In this document: positions 38,656 to 48,789 of the stretch, in pieces | How positions within the stretch are numbered: position 1 is the first letter of the stretch | How the letters are laid out: the number at the start of each line of letters is the position of its first letter | IMG/VR virus record: IMGVR_UViG_2551306247_000001 | Location: 1 to 64,000 of that record | From: a virus | Taxonomy: Duplodnaviria > Caudoviricetes | Reading direction: 5' to 3' (one strand) | DNA: 64,000 nucleotides | The notes under the pieces: model-generated | Seen by the model: the letters and a program-made list of their open reading frames with translations, nothing else | What the model was told of the DNA's origin: nothing | The model's database searches: none | Position numbers and translations under genes: made by a program

Positions 38656-39897
38656 ATGTCCGTAAAAAAGATTAGAGTCAATAAACAAAAACACAAGCAG
38701 AGGATCTGTGCCTACATTCGAGTTTCGACGACTAATGGAAGTCAGTTAGAATCGTTAGAAAATCAGAAACATTATTTTGAAAACCTGTATTCCAATAGAG
38801 ACGATATTGATTTTGTAGGTGTTTATCATGACAGAGGTATATCTGGTTCTAAGGATAATCGTCCAAATTTTCAAGCCATGATTGAAAATTGTCGTAAAGG
38901 TATGATTGATATTATTCATACCAAGTCAATTGCTCGATTTGCTAGAAACACGGTTACAGTTCTTGAAATTAGTCGTGAACTGAAGGCAATAGGAGTAGAC
39001 ATTTTCTTTGAGGAACAAAACATTCATACCCTTTCTAGTGAAGGGGAAGTGATGCTTTCAGTATTAGCTAGTATTGCTGAGGACGAGTTGAGGAGTATGA
39101 GTGGCAATCAACGTTGGGCATTTCAAAAGAAGTTTCAACGAGGAGAGCTAGTCATTAACACCAAGCGATTCTTAGGATATGATATAGACGAGAATGGTGA
39201 GTTGATTATCAATCCAGAAGAAGCTTTGATAGTCAGAAAAATATTTGCACTTTACCTTGAAGGGTATGGTACTCATCGTATTGCCAAACTGTTAAATGAA
39301 AAGGGAGTTGCGACGGTTACAGGTGCTAAATGGCATGACACCACAATCCGTCAAATGTTAAGCAATGAAAAATACAACGGTTCGGTCTTATTGCAGAAGT
39401 ATTTTCACGATGGTGTGAATGGTCCTAAAAAATTGAATCAGGGTGAACTCGAACAATACTTTATTGAGGATAATCATGAAGCTATTATTTCTATGGAAGA
39501 TTGACAAGCAGTCCAGGACAAACTAATCAGTAGAAGATGGCAACAAGGTAGAAACAAAAACTATAAATTTACGGGGTTATTAAAGTGTCAGCATTGTGGT
39601 TCGACTTTAAAGAGACAAGTTTCTTACAAGAAAAAAATTGTTTGGTGCTGTTCCAAATACATAAAAGAGGGAAAAGCAACTTGTCAGGGTATGCGAGTGC
39701 CAGAAGTAGATATTTCAAATTGGGAGATAACCTCAACTGTTACAGTAATAGAAAGGGATAGAAATGGGGAAAAGTATTACAGTTATTCCGGCCAAGAAAG
39801 TGCAGACCAGCGTTCAACATCAGGTCAGAAAGAAAGTCAATGTAGCCGCATATTGCCGAGTGTCCACCGACCAAGACGAACAGCTATCAAGTTATGA
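38656..39897 (+). pseudogene. Large serine recombinase 1 with in-frame TGA at 39502-39504
   Basis: AYIRVST catalytic motif, ARFARN; frame continues past TGA into zinc ribbon KCQHCG...WCC...C to TAA 39897. Confidence 0.85.
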
Positions 39898-41152
39898 AAA
39901 CCAAGTTAATTATTACCGAGATTATATCTCCAAACACGAGGACTATGAGTTAGTTGACATCTATGCGGATGAGGGCATCTCAGCAACTAATACCAAAAAA
40001 CGTGATGCATTTAACCGCTTGATACAAGATTGTAGGGCTGGTAAGGTGGATAGGATTTTGGTCAAGTCAATCAGTCGATTTGCCAGAAACACCCTTGACT
40101 GCATTAAGTACGTCCGAGAGTTGAAAGAACTTGGTGTTGGTGTGACTTTTGAGAAAGAGAATATTGACAGCCTAGATTCTAAAGGTGAGGTTCTTCTTAC
40201 AATCCTTTCTTCCCTAGCACAGGATGAGTCACGCTCTATCTCAGAGAATGCGACGTGGGGAATTCGTAAGAAGTTTGAACGTGGTGAGGTTCGTGTTAAT
40301 ACCACAAAATTCATGGGTTATGACAAGGATGATAATGGTAGCCTTATCATAAACCCAGGGCAAGCAGAAATAGTAAAATTCATTTACGAGAAATTCTTAG
40401 AAGGCTATAGTCCTGAGTCCATAGCTAAATATTTGAATGACAACGAAATACCCGGTTGGACTGGAAAGGCTAACTGGTATCCAAGTGCTATACAGAAAAT
40501 GCTTCAAAATGAAAAGTACAAGGGTGATGCCTTATTACAAAAGACTTTTACCGCTGATTTTCTGACTAAGAAACGAGTTCAAAATGACGGTCAGGTTAAC
40601 CAATACTATGTAGAAAATAGTCATGAAGCTATTATTGACAAAGACACTTGGGAATTAGTACAGTTGGAATTGGACAGGAGGACAGCCTTTCGTGAAGAAC
40701 ATCAACTGAAAGCTTACATCATGTAGAGTGAGGACAACCCATTCACCACAAAAGTGTTCTGTGCAGAATGTGGTTCAGCCTTTGGACGAAAGAACTGGAC
40801 AACCAGTCGAGGTAAACGTAAGGTGTGGCAATGTAACAACCGCTATCGCATTAAGGGGGTGGAAGGGTGTAATAGTAGACATTTGGATGAGGCGACACTC
40901 GAGCAGATTTTCATAAAGGCATTAGAGTTACTAAGCGAGAACATTGATTTGCTAGATGGCAAGTGGGAGAAAATCTTGGCAGAGAATCGACTGCTTGATA
41001 CACACTACAGTATGGCATTGAGTGACCTGCTTAGGCAGGAACAGATAGACTTCAATTCCTCTGACATGTGCCGAGTACTAGACCATATCAGGATAGGGCT
41101 TGAAGGAGAGATAACCGTTCGCTTCCTGGAAGGCACTGAGATAGATTTATAA
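39764..41152 (+). pseudogene. Large serine recombinase 2 with in-frame TAG at 40724-40726
   Basis: AYCRVST, SRFARN; same frame resumes SEDNPFTTKVFCAECG...WQC...C to TAA 41152. Confidence 0.85.
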
Positions 41153-41162
41153 AGTAGACGAT

Positions 41163-41207
41163 AGGCTGTAACGACAGTGGGAAACCAGTGTGGTTACAGC
41201 CTTTTTT
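41163..41207 (+). terminator. Terminator after recombinases
   Basis: aggctgtaac...gttacagcct followed by T run. Confidence 0.7.
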
Positions 41208-41216
41208 GCGTTTTTG

Positions 41217-41225
41217 TGGTATAAT
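41217..41225 (+). promoter_or_regulatory. Extended -10 promoter (TGnTATAAT) of the nuclease cassette
   Basis: TGGTATAAT about 55 nt before ATG 41279. Confidence 0.6.
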
Positions 41226-41278
41226 TGAGGGTGAAAATGTTAATTGTATCAAACTGGTCAATGAGAAAAGGAAGATAT

Positions 41279-42238
41279 ATGAGAACTCATTTAACTGCAC
41301 CACAAATTAAAGATTACATCATTGATACTATTATTATCAAGTCAAAACTTATATTACGAAAGAGTGATTTAGATGAATTATTGCAAAAATCAAGTCTGAG
41401 TTTTGCAAGTGGTTTATTAAAAAGTGACTCTAGAACAATTGGTTTTAGGCCTGAGGAACTCCAAGAACTAATCAATGAGATAAGAAGAAATATTGGAGAT
41501 GTTGACCACCGAGATGGTCTGGTTATAACAAATTTTATTGCAGATAATGAACGGCTTTCTAAAGACTTTGAGGTAATGATCAAAAACAGTATTGCGTTAT
41601 TGAGCTGGCATAGAGAAGAATTTGGTGTTGAAAAACCATTAGGTCTAGAATTTATTGATAAGGCAATTAGTGAATATGGTGTGAGTGAGCTCTCAGTATT
41701 TCTTTTCTTGGAAAAAATGTCTATTCATTTAAATGAAAGTATTGGGAGTGAGTTTTCACAACGTATCCATGAAGAACCGATTGACTTGGATAATCTTTTT
41801 AAAAGTGAAAATTTACCCGAAAATAGCTTCTTTGATCAACGTTTTATTAATTACCTATCAATGAACTATGATAAGTTGGAAACAATTCATTGGAGACAAT
41901 TTGAAGGTTTGGTAGCTGAATTTTTTGCTCGTGAGGGATATGAAATTACTTTAAATAAGGGCAGGAATGATGGTGGTATAGATATTATTGCAAGAAATAA
42001 AATTGAAGAGACAGTAACTATCATTCAATGTAAAAGATATCGGAAAAATAGATCTGTTTCTGTAGAATCAGTTAAGTCATTCTGCTTCGACGTGATTGAT
42101 GGAAATTTTAATCAAGGTATAATTGTAACAACATCTTACTTGACTGATGGTGAAAAGAAAATATATAGAAATCGGTACCCGATTAGCGAAGTAGAACATC
42201 ATGAACTTGAATCATGGTTACATAAAATGTTTAAATAG
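41279..42238 (+). CDS. Mrr-like (type IV) restriction endonuclease domain protein
   Basis: WRQFEGLVAEFF...GY.....GRNDGGIDIIA....IIQCKRY; GIIVTTS. Confidence 0.85.
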   Translation: MRTHLTAPQIKDYIIDTIIIKSKLILRKSDLDELLQKSSLSFASGLLKSDSRTIGFRPEELQELINEIRRNIGDVDHRDGLVITNFIADNERLSKDFEVMIKNSIALLSWHREEFGVEKPLGLEFIDKAISEYGVSELSVFLFLEKMSIHLNESIGSEFSQRIHEEPIDLDNLFKSENLPENSFFDQRFINYLSMNYDKLETIHWRQFEGLVAEFFAREGYEITLNKGRNDGGIDIIARNKIEETVTIIQCKRYRKNRSVSVESVKSFCFDVIDGNFNQGIIVTTSYLTDGEKKIYRNRYPISEVEHHELESWLHKMFK

Positions 42239-42261
42239 AATAAATATTAAGGGAGTAAAGG

Positions 42262-43338
42262 ATGATTGATAATAATGATGTAAGCAAGGTGGAGCATGAT
42301 TCTATTAAAATAGATGTTGATAGTTTGACAAACTTACCTGAAAAAATAGGATTAGAACAAAGCTCGCTGATGATCTCAGCATTGACAAATTCGCTTAGTA
42401 ACTTTCAAAATGTAATAAATAAGACAAATTTATCAGCACTTATAGCGGCTTCTAATGCATTAAATACATCTAGTTTAGCAAATCTTACTCATTTGACTCT
42501 CCCTTTTGAAAAACTCAGTTCATCCATTCAAATAAACAAAAGTGCTATTAATGCAATATCGGAAGTTGTTTCTTTGTACAATAAGGTTTGGGCAGGTGAG
42601 CATTTACAAGCGATTCAGAGTATTACTGAATCTGCTAGAAGATTGATTGATAGCTATCAAATTGATTACTCTAAGATAGTTAGTAATTTAAGCGAAGTTC
42701 TAAAGTCACTTCCTTCACCTTATACGAAGGAGGAAATTGAACAAATTACCCTACGTGTAAAGCAATTAGCTGAGGACGGATGGGTTATCTATTTCCAGGA
42801 TAGTAATATCTATCGTCGTATTTGTACTGAGGATTGGATTGAAATAGAGGAAAAGTGGTTTGTAACATTGAGAGAAAGGTTAGCGGATAAAGATGCTATA
42901 GCTGAACTACAAAATTCACAATGTTATTCAAAACCGCTAATAAAGTCAATGGTTGATAGTTATCGGAATCAGAACTTCTATTCTGCGTATACTTTGGCTA
43001 GTTTAGCAATTGATGGAGCTCTCAATAGGGTTTCAGAAATGACTTCTTCAAAAAAAAGAATACCGGTTGGTCATAATGCTGTTGAAGAAATAGATGAATT
43101 ATTTATTGATAAATCATTTACTGATATCGGTTTGATGTATTGGTTATATAATTTTTTCAAAGATACCAAACGCTTTACAATTCATGAACCTAATCGTCAC
43201 ATGATTGGTCATGGCCGTTGGGAAGGAGAGATAACAGAGAAAATGTTTCTGCAGTTATTTAATGTCATTCTGTATATTTATGATGAGTATGATTATTGGG
43301 TGGAAGTTATCCGGTATGAACAGCAGAATGAAGGGTAG
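42262..43338 (+). CDS. Hypothetical protein with HEPN-like RxxxxH motif
   Basis: Helical Ser/Asn-rich N-terminus; C-terminal PNRHMIGHG (43192-43215). Confidence 0.6.
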   Translation: MIDNNDVSKVEHDSIKIDVDSLTNLPEKIGLEQSSLMISALTNSLSNFQNVINKTNLSALIAASNALNTSSLANLTHLTLPFEKLSSSIQINKSAINAISEVVSLYNKVWAGEHLQAIQSITESARRLIDSYQIDYSKIVSNLSEVLKSLPSPYTKEEIEQITLRVKQLAEDGWVIYFQDSNIYRRICTEDWIEIEEKWFVTLRERLADKDAIAELQNSQCYSKPLIKSMVDSYRNQNFYSAYTLASLAIDGALNRVSEMTSSKKRIPVGHNAVEEIDELFIDKSFTDIGLMYWLYNFFKDTKRFTIHEPNRHMIGHGRWEGEITEKMFLQLFNVILYIYDEYDYWVEVIRYEQQNEG

Positions 43339-44514
43339 ATGATCATGTTTGAACTGTATCCTTTTATTCAAGAAATGATTGATTGTGAAACTACTATACA
43401 AAAAATAGAAGTTTTCAATAGGTGGAACCTTGATAAGTGTAGAGTTTTTCTCTTTGATGAAGAAAAGTCAAATTTTGGAAATATAGGTAAATCAATTAGT
43501 TACGGAAAGTTTAATTTAATTGGTATAGGAGATTATCAAAAAATTTGGGTTATTGATAAAAATACTTCGAATACAAGGGACAATGTGTTACCTGTTGCTA
43601 GAATAGTTAACTATGATCTAAATGTATTTACCTATATAGACAATTTGTATCGTGGAAGAAATGTACCGGATAAGGAAAATTTTATTAAATTTTTAAATGA
43701 AATAAAAAGCAGACATCTGTCAAATAATATTTCAACGGCATTAATGGAAAGATATACTACACCGATAAATTCGGAGTTGTTAGCTAAAATGGTTGAAAGT
43801 TACGTTTATTTTGACAGTCTTGAGTTTGATGTGTTTCAATCAAATGTGCCTCAGATTCTAGAGCAAGACAAATATATTTGGATGAGAGAAATTTGGGAAG
43901 ATGCAGATATTTATCTAAACAATGATGAAGTGATACAACATTATGAGGCAGTTTGTTGCTATATATTGAAAGCATTTATTTTGAAAAACACAAAAAATCT
44001 TTCTACAGAATCTAAAATAGCTGAGTTCAAACGCTATTGTTTTGAGGAGTTATGCATATTTTTAGAGTTGGAAATGCCTTTGCTAATATTGTTTTTGAAA
44101 AATGACAGTTCGGTTCAAGAAGTGTTTAAAAAGTTGCAGATAGGGGCTAAGCAGCTGGTAGATAAAATACATAATACAGCATGGGATATTTTTCATATAA
44201 GATTATTAGAGCAAACTATTTTGTTCGATTGTATGGCAGATACAGAAGCTGTATATCTCCATTATTTTGCAACTGCAGATTCTGGATTAGCTGAGGTACT
44301 TCGAGCTAATCCTATTAAAATGCTAGTTTATTATGATAAAAATCTTATACCTATACGTAGATATAGTGGTTTAGATTTTTTCAATCAGGATGAGTTAGAT
44401 TATTATAATACTCAATCAAAAGTAAAATGGCGCTTGGAAGCAGTTCAGAGTATTGATTTCGGTTCTGTAAAGGAGAGGTTGATTGGTGAACTAGAGGATT
44501 TACTTACGAAATAA
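43339..44514 (+). CDS. Hypothetical protein with PIN-like acidic tetrad
   Basis: VNYDLN, TALME, AWDIFHI, FATAD spaced as in PIN folds; ATG directly after upstream TAG. Confidence 0.55.
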   Translation: MIMFELYPFIQEMIDCETTIQKIEVFNRWNLDKCRVFLFDEEKSNFGNIGKSISYGKFNLIGIGDYQKIWVIDKNTSNTRDNVLPVARIVNYDLNVFTYIDNLYRGRNVPDKENFIKFLNEIKSRHLSNNISTALMERYTTPINSELLAKMVESYVYFDSLEFDVFQSNVPQILEQDKYIWMREIWEDADIYLNNDEVIQHYEAVCCYILKAFILKNTKNLSTESKIAEFKRYCFEELCIFLELEMPLLILFLKNDSSVQEVFKKLQIGAKQLVDKIHNTAWDIFHIRLLEQTILFDCMADTEAVYLHYFATADSGLAEVLRANPIKMLVYYDKNLIPIRRYSGLDFFNQDELDYYNTQSKVKWRLEAVQSIDFGSVKERLIGELEDLLTK

Positions 44515-44600
44515 TTTTTTTATAACTTCCGTTCCACAGTATTATTCCAAAATCACCTTAACTCTCTTTCGTCTATTAGTATAGAAGAAAGCTCTCAGCA

Positions 44601-44636
44601 CATGTTGAGGCGGTAAGTTTGCTAGTCAAGGCGTGA
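44601..44636 (+). other. att-like remnant 1 of rumA (rlmD) 3' end
   Basis: Translates HVEAVSLLVKA*, resembling the RumA/RlmD C-terminal HVE motif. Confidence 0.65.
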
Positions 44637-44714
44637 AGCAACGAAGAGTAGCATTTACTTCCGCCCATGCGATAGCTGTCGCAGAACATAGTGATGCGGT
44701 AACAGCGAACCGCT

Positions 44715-44744
44715 GAGTGTGTTGCTCTACTCGTAAAAGCCTAG
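44715..44744 (+). other. att-like remnant 2 of rumA (rlmD) 3' end
   Basis: Translates ECVALLVKA*; followed by hairpin aaaagccttg-aaac-caaggctttt at about 44770-44794. Confidence 0.65.
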
Positions 44745-45113
44745 AAACATTGGAACGAAAGGGATACTGAAAAGCCTTGAAACCAAGGCTTTTTGCTTTA
44801 TGGTGGGGAAGTATCAGAGTGAGGAATTTTTTGGAGTGAGTAGAAGTGATAGCCAGAAATTTTCAGTTTCTATTTCCATTTACCCACCTAAAATTTTTAG
44901 AATATGTTAATTAATGTGCAAAATTAATGGTAAGTGGTAAGAGTTTTTAGAATTGAATATATACCTGTATTTATGAGGAGAACGGAGAAGTCTGTTCTCC
45001 TTTTTGTTCGTTTAAAATCTTATACGGAAAGGGGCTTTACCATGTGTTTAGATTTGGAGGAGTTGATTGCGGTAAACAGAGCATAGAGGGCTTGACAGAG
45101 TTAGGAGGCCAGA

Positions 45114-45608
45114 ATGATTAGAAACGAATTATACGAGCAGCTAATCAATAGTGAGCCAATAGGGTTCATTGATCCTTTTACTGATCTAGGGGAATTTGAT
45201 TCTATTCAGATGAAGTTCAAGCAACCTGTTAGAAGCTTGGTAAACAAGTACTCTGGGAAACCTTACAATGCCCACTGGCAAAATAAGATTGAAGAGATGA
45301 GGGTTCTATATATTCAATACCAGAGAAGCTTGAAACTCGAAGACGAGGAGCAGGCAGTTCATAATAGGGTTAGAAATAAAGAATCCAAAGAACATGTTCA
45401 TGAAATCGTCACAACGTATTTGAAGTTGGGATTTAGGTTTAAAGAAATTGAAGCAAGAGTGTCACTATTCAACACTCGCTTACGTAGAAATTGGAAGAGG
45501 AGCGATTATGTCACAACTGCAACTCCTGAAGTTTATCTGAAGAGAGACTTACAGGACGGCATTTGTTCGTGTAGCTCCAGTATTCCAAAAAACATGAAGA
45601 TTAACTAG
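45114..45608 (+). CDS. Hypothetical ICE protein (possible HTH)
   Basis: AGGAGG RBS; LGFRFKEIEARV segment. Confidence 0.6.
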   Translation: MIRNELYEQLINSEPIGFIDPFTDLGEFDSIQMKFKQPVRSLVNKYSGKPYNAHWQNKIEEMRVLYIQYQRSLKLEDEEQAVHNRVRNKESKEHVHEIVTTYLKLGFRFKEIEARVSLFNTRLRRNWKRSDYVTTATPEVYLKRDLQDGICSCSSSIPKNMKIN

Positions 45609-45618
45609 AGGTGCTGCT

Positions 45619-46101
45619 ATGAAGCATGAAGAAATAAATGTAGATCCAGGGATATGCAGACGTTGCGCTTGTAACTGGGTTACACCCTGCATTCATGAAA
45701 AATATGGTCCGTGCTGGTGGATTGATAAGGGTCAAACATTATGTAGCCACTGTTTTTATGGGCTGAACGAAGAATCTTCTCAGATGAAAGTTTACTATAG
45801 ACCAGGGCATGATTGGCTAGAAAAAGATGAGGGGTTTGCGCAGGAGATATTGGCCAATCCTAAAAGACACTGGGTCTATGATATGGAGCATGATGTACTA
45901 TGTATCGTTATGATGGGCAATCATATTGGGGCTGTTCAGTTTATCGCAAAGCAATTCTACGGGCTTGGTCATATTTACCGTGAGGAAATTCCAAAATGGC
46001 AAGAAATTATTGCCAATAATATGATTTTCTATAATGCAGCGGTCAATGAACCAAAGCACTATGCTTGGCACTTACCACGAAAATATCGCTTGGAGGATTG
46101 A
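45619..46101 (+). CDS. Cys-rich hypothetical protein
   Basis: CRRCACNWVTPC...CWW....LCSHC. Confidence 0.6.
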   Translation: MKHEEINVDPGICRRCACNWVTPCIHEKYGPCWWIDKGQTLCSHCFYGLNEESSQMKVYYRPGHDWLEKDEGFAQEILANPKRHWVYDMEHDVLCIVMMGNHIGAVQFIAKQFYGLGHIYREEIPKWQEIIANNMIFYNAAVNEPKHYAWHLPRKYRLED

Positions 46102-46102
46102 C

Positions 46103-46789
46103 ATGGAAAATAAAATTATCGGGAAGATACAAAATCTTTTGGAGCTAGCTTATGATACACCAGACGATGAGGAGGGGCAAACAGCTCTTCTGATGGCTCA
46201 AAAACTCATGGTAAAACACAACATTTCCATGGCTGATGTCTCAGTTTCCCAGTTGAAAGAAATTATTGGAGAAAAAGTGGCGACTACTCAATATCGCTTG
46301 GTCTGGTGGAAAGAGCGATTAGCTGCGATACTCGGGGCAAATTTTAGATGCCAGGTTGTCAGAAGGAGAAGAGTCGACAAAGGGATTACTCAAATCATTT
46401 TCTTTGGTTACGATTCGGATGCTGAGTTTTGCACAAAGGTCTATGAGGCGGCGCTGCTTTATTTAGACTATCGTCTGGACAGACTTTATAAGACCGCAGT
46501 AACCGCAAACTATAGGGAGTACAAGAAATCGTACTTACTTGGGTTCTTGGATGGTTTAGATCAACGCTTCAAGGATCAATGTTTAACTTCAGATGAGTTT
46601 GCCTTAGTCGTTCAAGTGCCTCAAGAGGTGTTAGAGGAACAAGCTAGACAACTAGGAGAAATCAGAGAAAGAGCTATTAAAGTTCCTATAGAAGAGATTG
46701 ACTTTGAAGGCTATTCTGAGGGGCTTGAGCATGCAAAAGAAACAATATTGATGCCAGATGAGTTGCTCAAAGCTAACGTTGGCGTATAA
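46103..46789 (+). CDS. DUF2786 domain protein
   Basis: KIQNLLELA...EEGQTALLMAQKLMVKHNIS; start at ATG 46103 after GGAGG. Confidence 0.75.
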   Translation: MENKIIGKIQNLLELAYDTPDDEEGQTALLMAQKLMVKHNISMADVSVSQLKEIIGEKVATTQYRLVWWKERLAAILGANFRCQVVRRRRVDKGITQIIFFGYDSDAEFCTKVYEAALLYLDYRLDRLYKTAVTANYREYKKSYLLGFLDGLDQRFKDQCLTSDEFALVVQVPQEVLEEQARQLGEIRERAIKVPIEEIDFEGYSEGLEHAKETILMPDELLKANVGV

Positions 46790-46812
46790 AATCGTTGATA
46801 GTAAGGAAACAG

Positions 46813-48306
46813 ATGAACTTAACGAACATTTACAGTTTGATTCTAAGAGATGGACTAAGACAGACCAAATATAGAAACAGTCACTTGCGGCCAGTTCCTT
46901 CAGCTGAAGAAGGGAAACGTGGGGCTATCTTTGCCTACCGTTCTAAAGAGAATATGGTCAAGGCACGTGGGGTCGTCTTAACATCGATGGAGGCTATTTT
47001 AGAAAACCAGGATAGCTTTACTCACTGGACACCGAACGCCTACCGTTTTGGGGCTTACAGTGATGCTAACCGTCGGGTTACACGTGGGCACTCTGAAGAC
47101 AATCTAAGGCAGATTAACACCTTCTATATTGACTTCGATATTACCTCTTCAGCTGAAGAAATGACAGCTGGAGATATTTTAACGACTACCATCGATTTAG
47201 GCTTCATGCCAACTCTGATTTTAAAATCAGATAAAGGGTTCCAAGCTTATTTTGTCCTAGAAGAGCCAGCTTACGTTACAGCACACTCCCAGTTTAGAGT
47301 GGTCAAGGTTGCAAAAGCTATCTCTCAAAATTTGCGTAACTACTTTAACCAAACCTTGCCAGTTGATATGACCTGCAACCACTTTGGTATTGCACGTATA
47401 CCACGGACGGACAACGTCGAATTTTTCCATGCAGACTACACCTACTCGTTCCAGGAATGGCTAGACTGGTCCATGAAGCAATCTGACCTTCCCTTTCCAG
47501 GAAAGAAACCAAATCTAACAGTTATTTCAGGCTCTGAAGGGGTAAAACAGATAGATGAACCCTGGTATGGCTTGCTGACGAGAGAATCCAATATCAAGGG
47601 TGCTAGGGACGTTATGGGACGAAATAACGTGCTATTTACCTTAGCTCTAGCTAACTTCTCTTCAGGTATTTCTCAGGGCGACTGTGAGGTCGCTTTGAAC
47701 GATTTTAACTTGCAACTAGATGAACCGTTGTCTGCAGGCGAACTTCTGAAGCTGGTAGCTAGTGCCTATTCAGGAAAATACGAGGCGGCCAGTCGTGATT
47801 ATATCACGCTACTGTGCAGGGCTTGGGTCAATAAAGAGTTGAGTCCTTCAGACCTCTTTATCAAGCAGGGCTGGTACAAGTTCAAGAAGAAACGTGCTGA
47901 TCGGAAACACAGCCATCTTCATGAGTGGAAAGCAGATGTGATGAACTACTTGGAAGGTTTTTATCAATCTGAAGATCCATTTATTCAGACGACAAAAAAA
48001 GCAATCAGGGAAGAATTAAACATACCTGAACGGTCATTAGATAAAGTTCTCAAGGTCTTAAAAGCTGAACAAAAGATTTTCTTTACAGTTAAATTTGGCC
48101 GTGGTGGAGGGATTAGACTAGCTTCTGTTAAAGCTATCGTCCTATCCATTATTCGGGTCAATAAAGAGCGCCAGGAAGCTTATTTTGCGAATATTGCTAC
48201 TTTCTTTGATGAAAGTATAGAGTTCACCAAAAGGGTGATAGAAGGGGTTAAAAATGGGCTTAAACAAGCAAGACAATTATCTCTGTTTGAGGTTGACATC
48301 GGCTAA
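46813..48306 (+). CDS. Replication initiator of the pAMbeta1/pIP501 (RepE/RepR) type with PriCT domain
   Basis: THWTPN.YR.G.YSD, GHSEDNLRQINTFYIDFD, PTLILKSDKG.QAYF, GRNNVLFTLALA. Confidence 0.88.
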   Translation: MNLTNIYSLILRDGLRQTKYRNSHLRPVPSAEEGKRGAIFAYRSKENMVKARGVVLTSMEAILENQDSFTHWTPNAYRFGAYSDANRRVTRGHSEDNLRQINTFYIDFDITSSAEEMTAGDILTTTIDLGFMPTLILKSDKGFQAYFVLEEPAYVTAHSQFRVVKVAKAISQNLRNYFNQTLPVDMTCNHFGIARIPRTDNVEFFHADYTYSFQEWLDWSMKQSDLPFPGKKPNLTVISGSEGVKQIDEPWYGLLTRESNIKGARDVMGRNNVLFTLALANFSSGISQGDCEVALNDFNLQLDEPLSAGELLKLVASAYSGKYEAASRDYITLLCRAWVNKELSPSDLFIKQGWYKFKKKRADRKHSHLHEWKADVMNYLEGFYQSEDPFIQTTKKAIREELNIPERSLDKVLKVLKAEQKIFFTVKFGRGGGIRLASVKAIVLSIIRVNKERQEAYFANIATFFDESIEFTKRVIEGVKNGLKQARQLSLFEVDIG

Positions 48307-48309
48307 TGG

Positions 48310-48355
48310 ATAAAACCCGCAAAGTCCCATTACATTATATCTATGATAATGGGAG
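48310..48355 (+). other. Putative origin immediately downstream of rep
   Basis: CCCATTACATTATAT resembles the pAMbeta1-family ori core (recalled as TGCCATTACATTTAT), which lies just 3' of rep. Confidence 0.6.
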
Positions 48356-48411
48356 TAGATTGTAAGGGGCCAGAATTTTGATTAGAGAAAATATAGAGAA
48401 GGAGTACATAT

Positions 48412-48564
48412 ATGATTTTAGTTGTTGTAGGAGTCTTTTCTTTAGGGGGCTCATTGTTTGTTGTATCGATGTTATATGCTAACCATCAGATCAGGTATAG
48501 AAATGGATATGATGATGAATTAGAGGGAGACTACCAAACATTAATGGAGCAACAGAGAAAGTGA
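48412..48564 (+). CDS. Small membrane protein (50 aa, not in ORF track)
   Basis: AAGGAG RBS; MILVVVGVFSLGGSLFVVSML. Confidence 0.5.
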   Translation: MILVVVGVFSLGGSLFVVSMLYANHQIRYRNGYDDELEGDYQTLMEQQRK

Positions 48565-48572
48565 GGAATACT

Positions 48573-48776
48573 ATGGGATATGTAGTTTTTAGTTTCGAGG
48601 ATGGAGACTACCTTTGTGATAAAGAAGGGCGTATCTTGGTTTTTGAGAGTAGGGGATTAGCTTGCCAATACATGCAGGTAAACTATCATATTCCTCTACC
48701 TGTTCAGAAGACAAAAAGGATTATTCATTATCCGAAGTACTACCAGGCCCCGTTTAGGGTTCAAAAGGTTTGCTAG
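48573..48776 (+). CDS. Hypothetical ICE protein
   Basis: ORF in tightly packed operon. Confidence 0.55.
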   Translation: MGYVVFSFEDGDYLCDKEGRILVFESRGLACQYMQVNYHIPLPVQKTKRIIHYPKYYQAPFRVQKVC

Positions 48777-48789
48777 GGAAAGGGATTGT

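Larger units (their letters stand above)
1..44744 (+). mobile_element. Prophage (siphovirus, phi-m46.1/phi-SsUD.1-like, serine-recombinase type), left end outside window
   Basis: Ordered replication, packaging, HK97 head, tail, lysis and tandem serine recombinase modules, ending at rumA-3'-like att remnants (44601-44744). Confidence 0.9.

Noticed and set aside
38539-38664. Possible small ORF after AGGAGG upstream of recombinase 1 (directionality factor?)
   Set aside because: About 40 codons from a TTG start, no recognisable motif, and it overlaps a promoter-like sequence; unsupported
39502-40726. Stop-codon reassignment in the phage
   Set aside because: The two stops differ (TGA and TAG), and many intact prophage genes end normally in TGA or TAG
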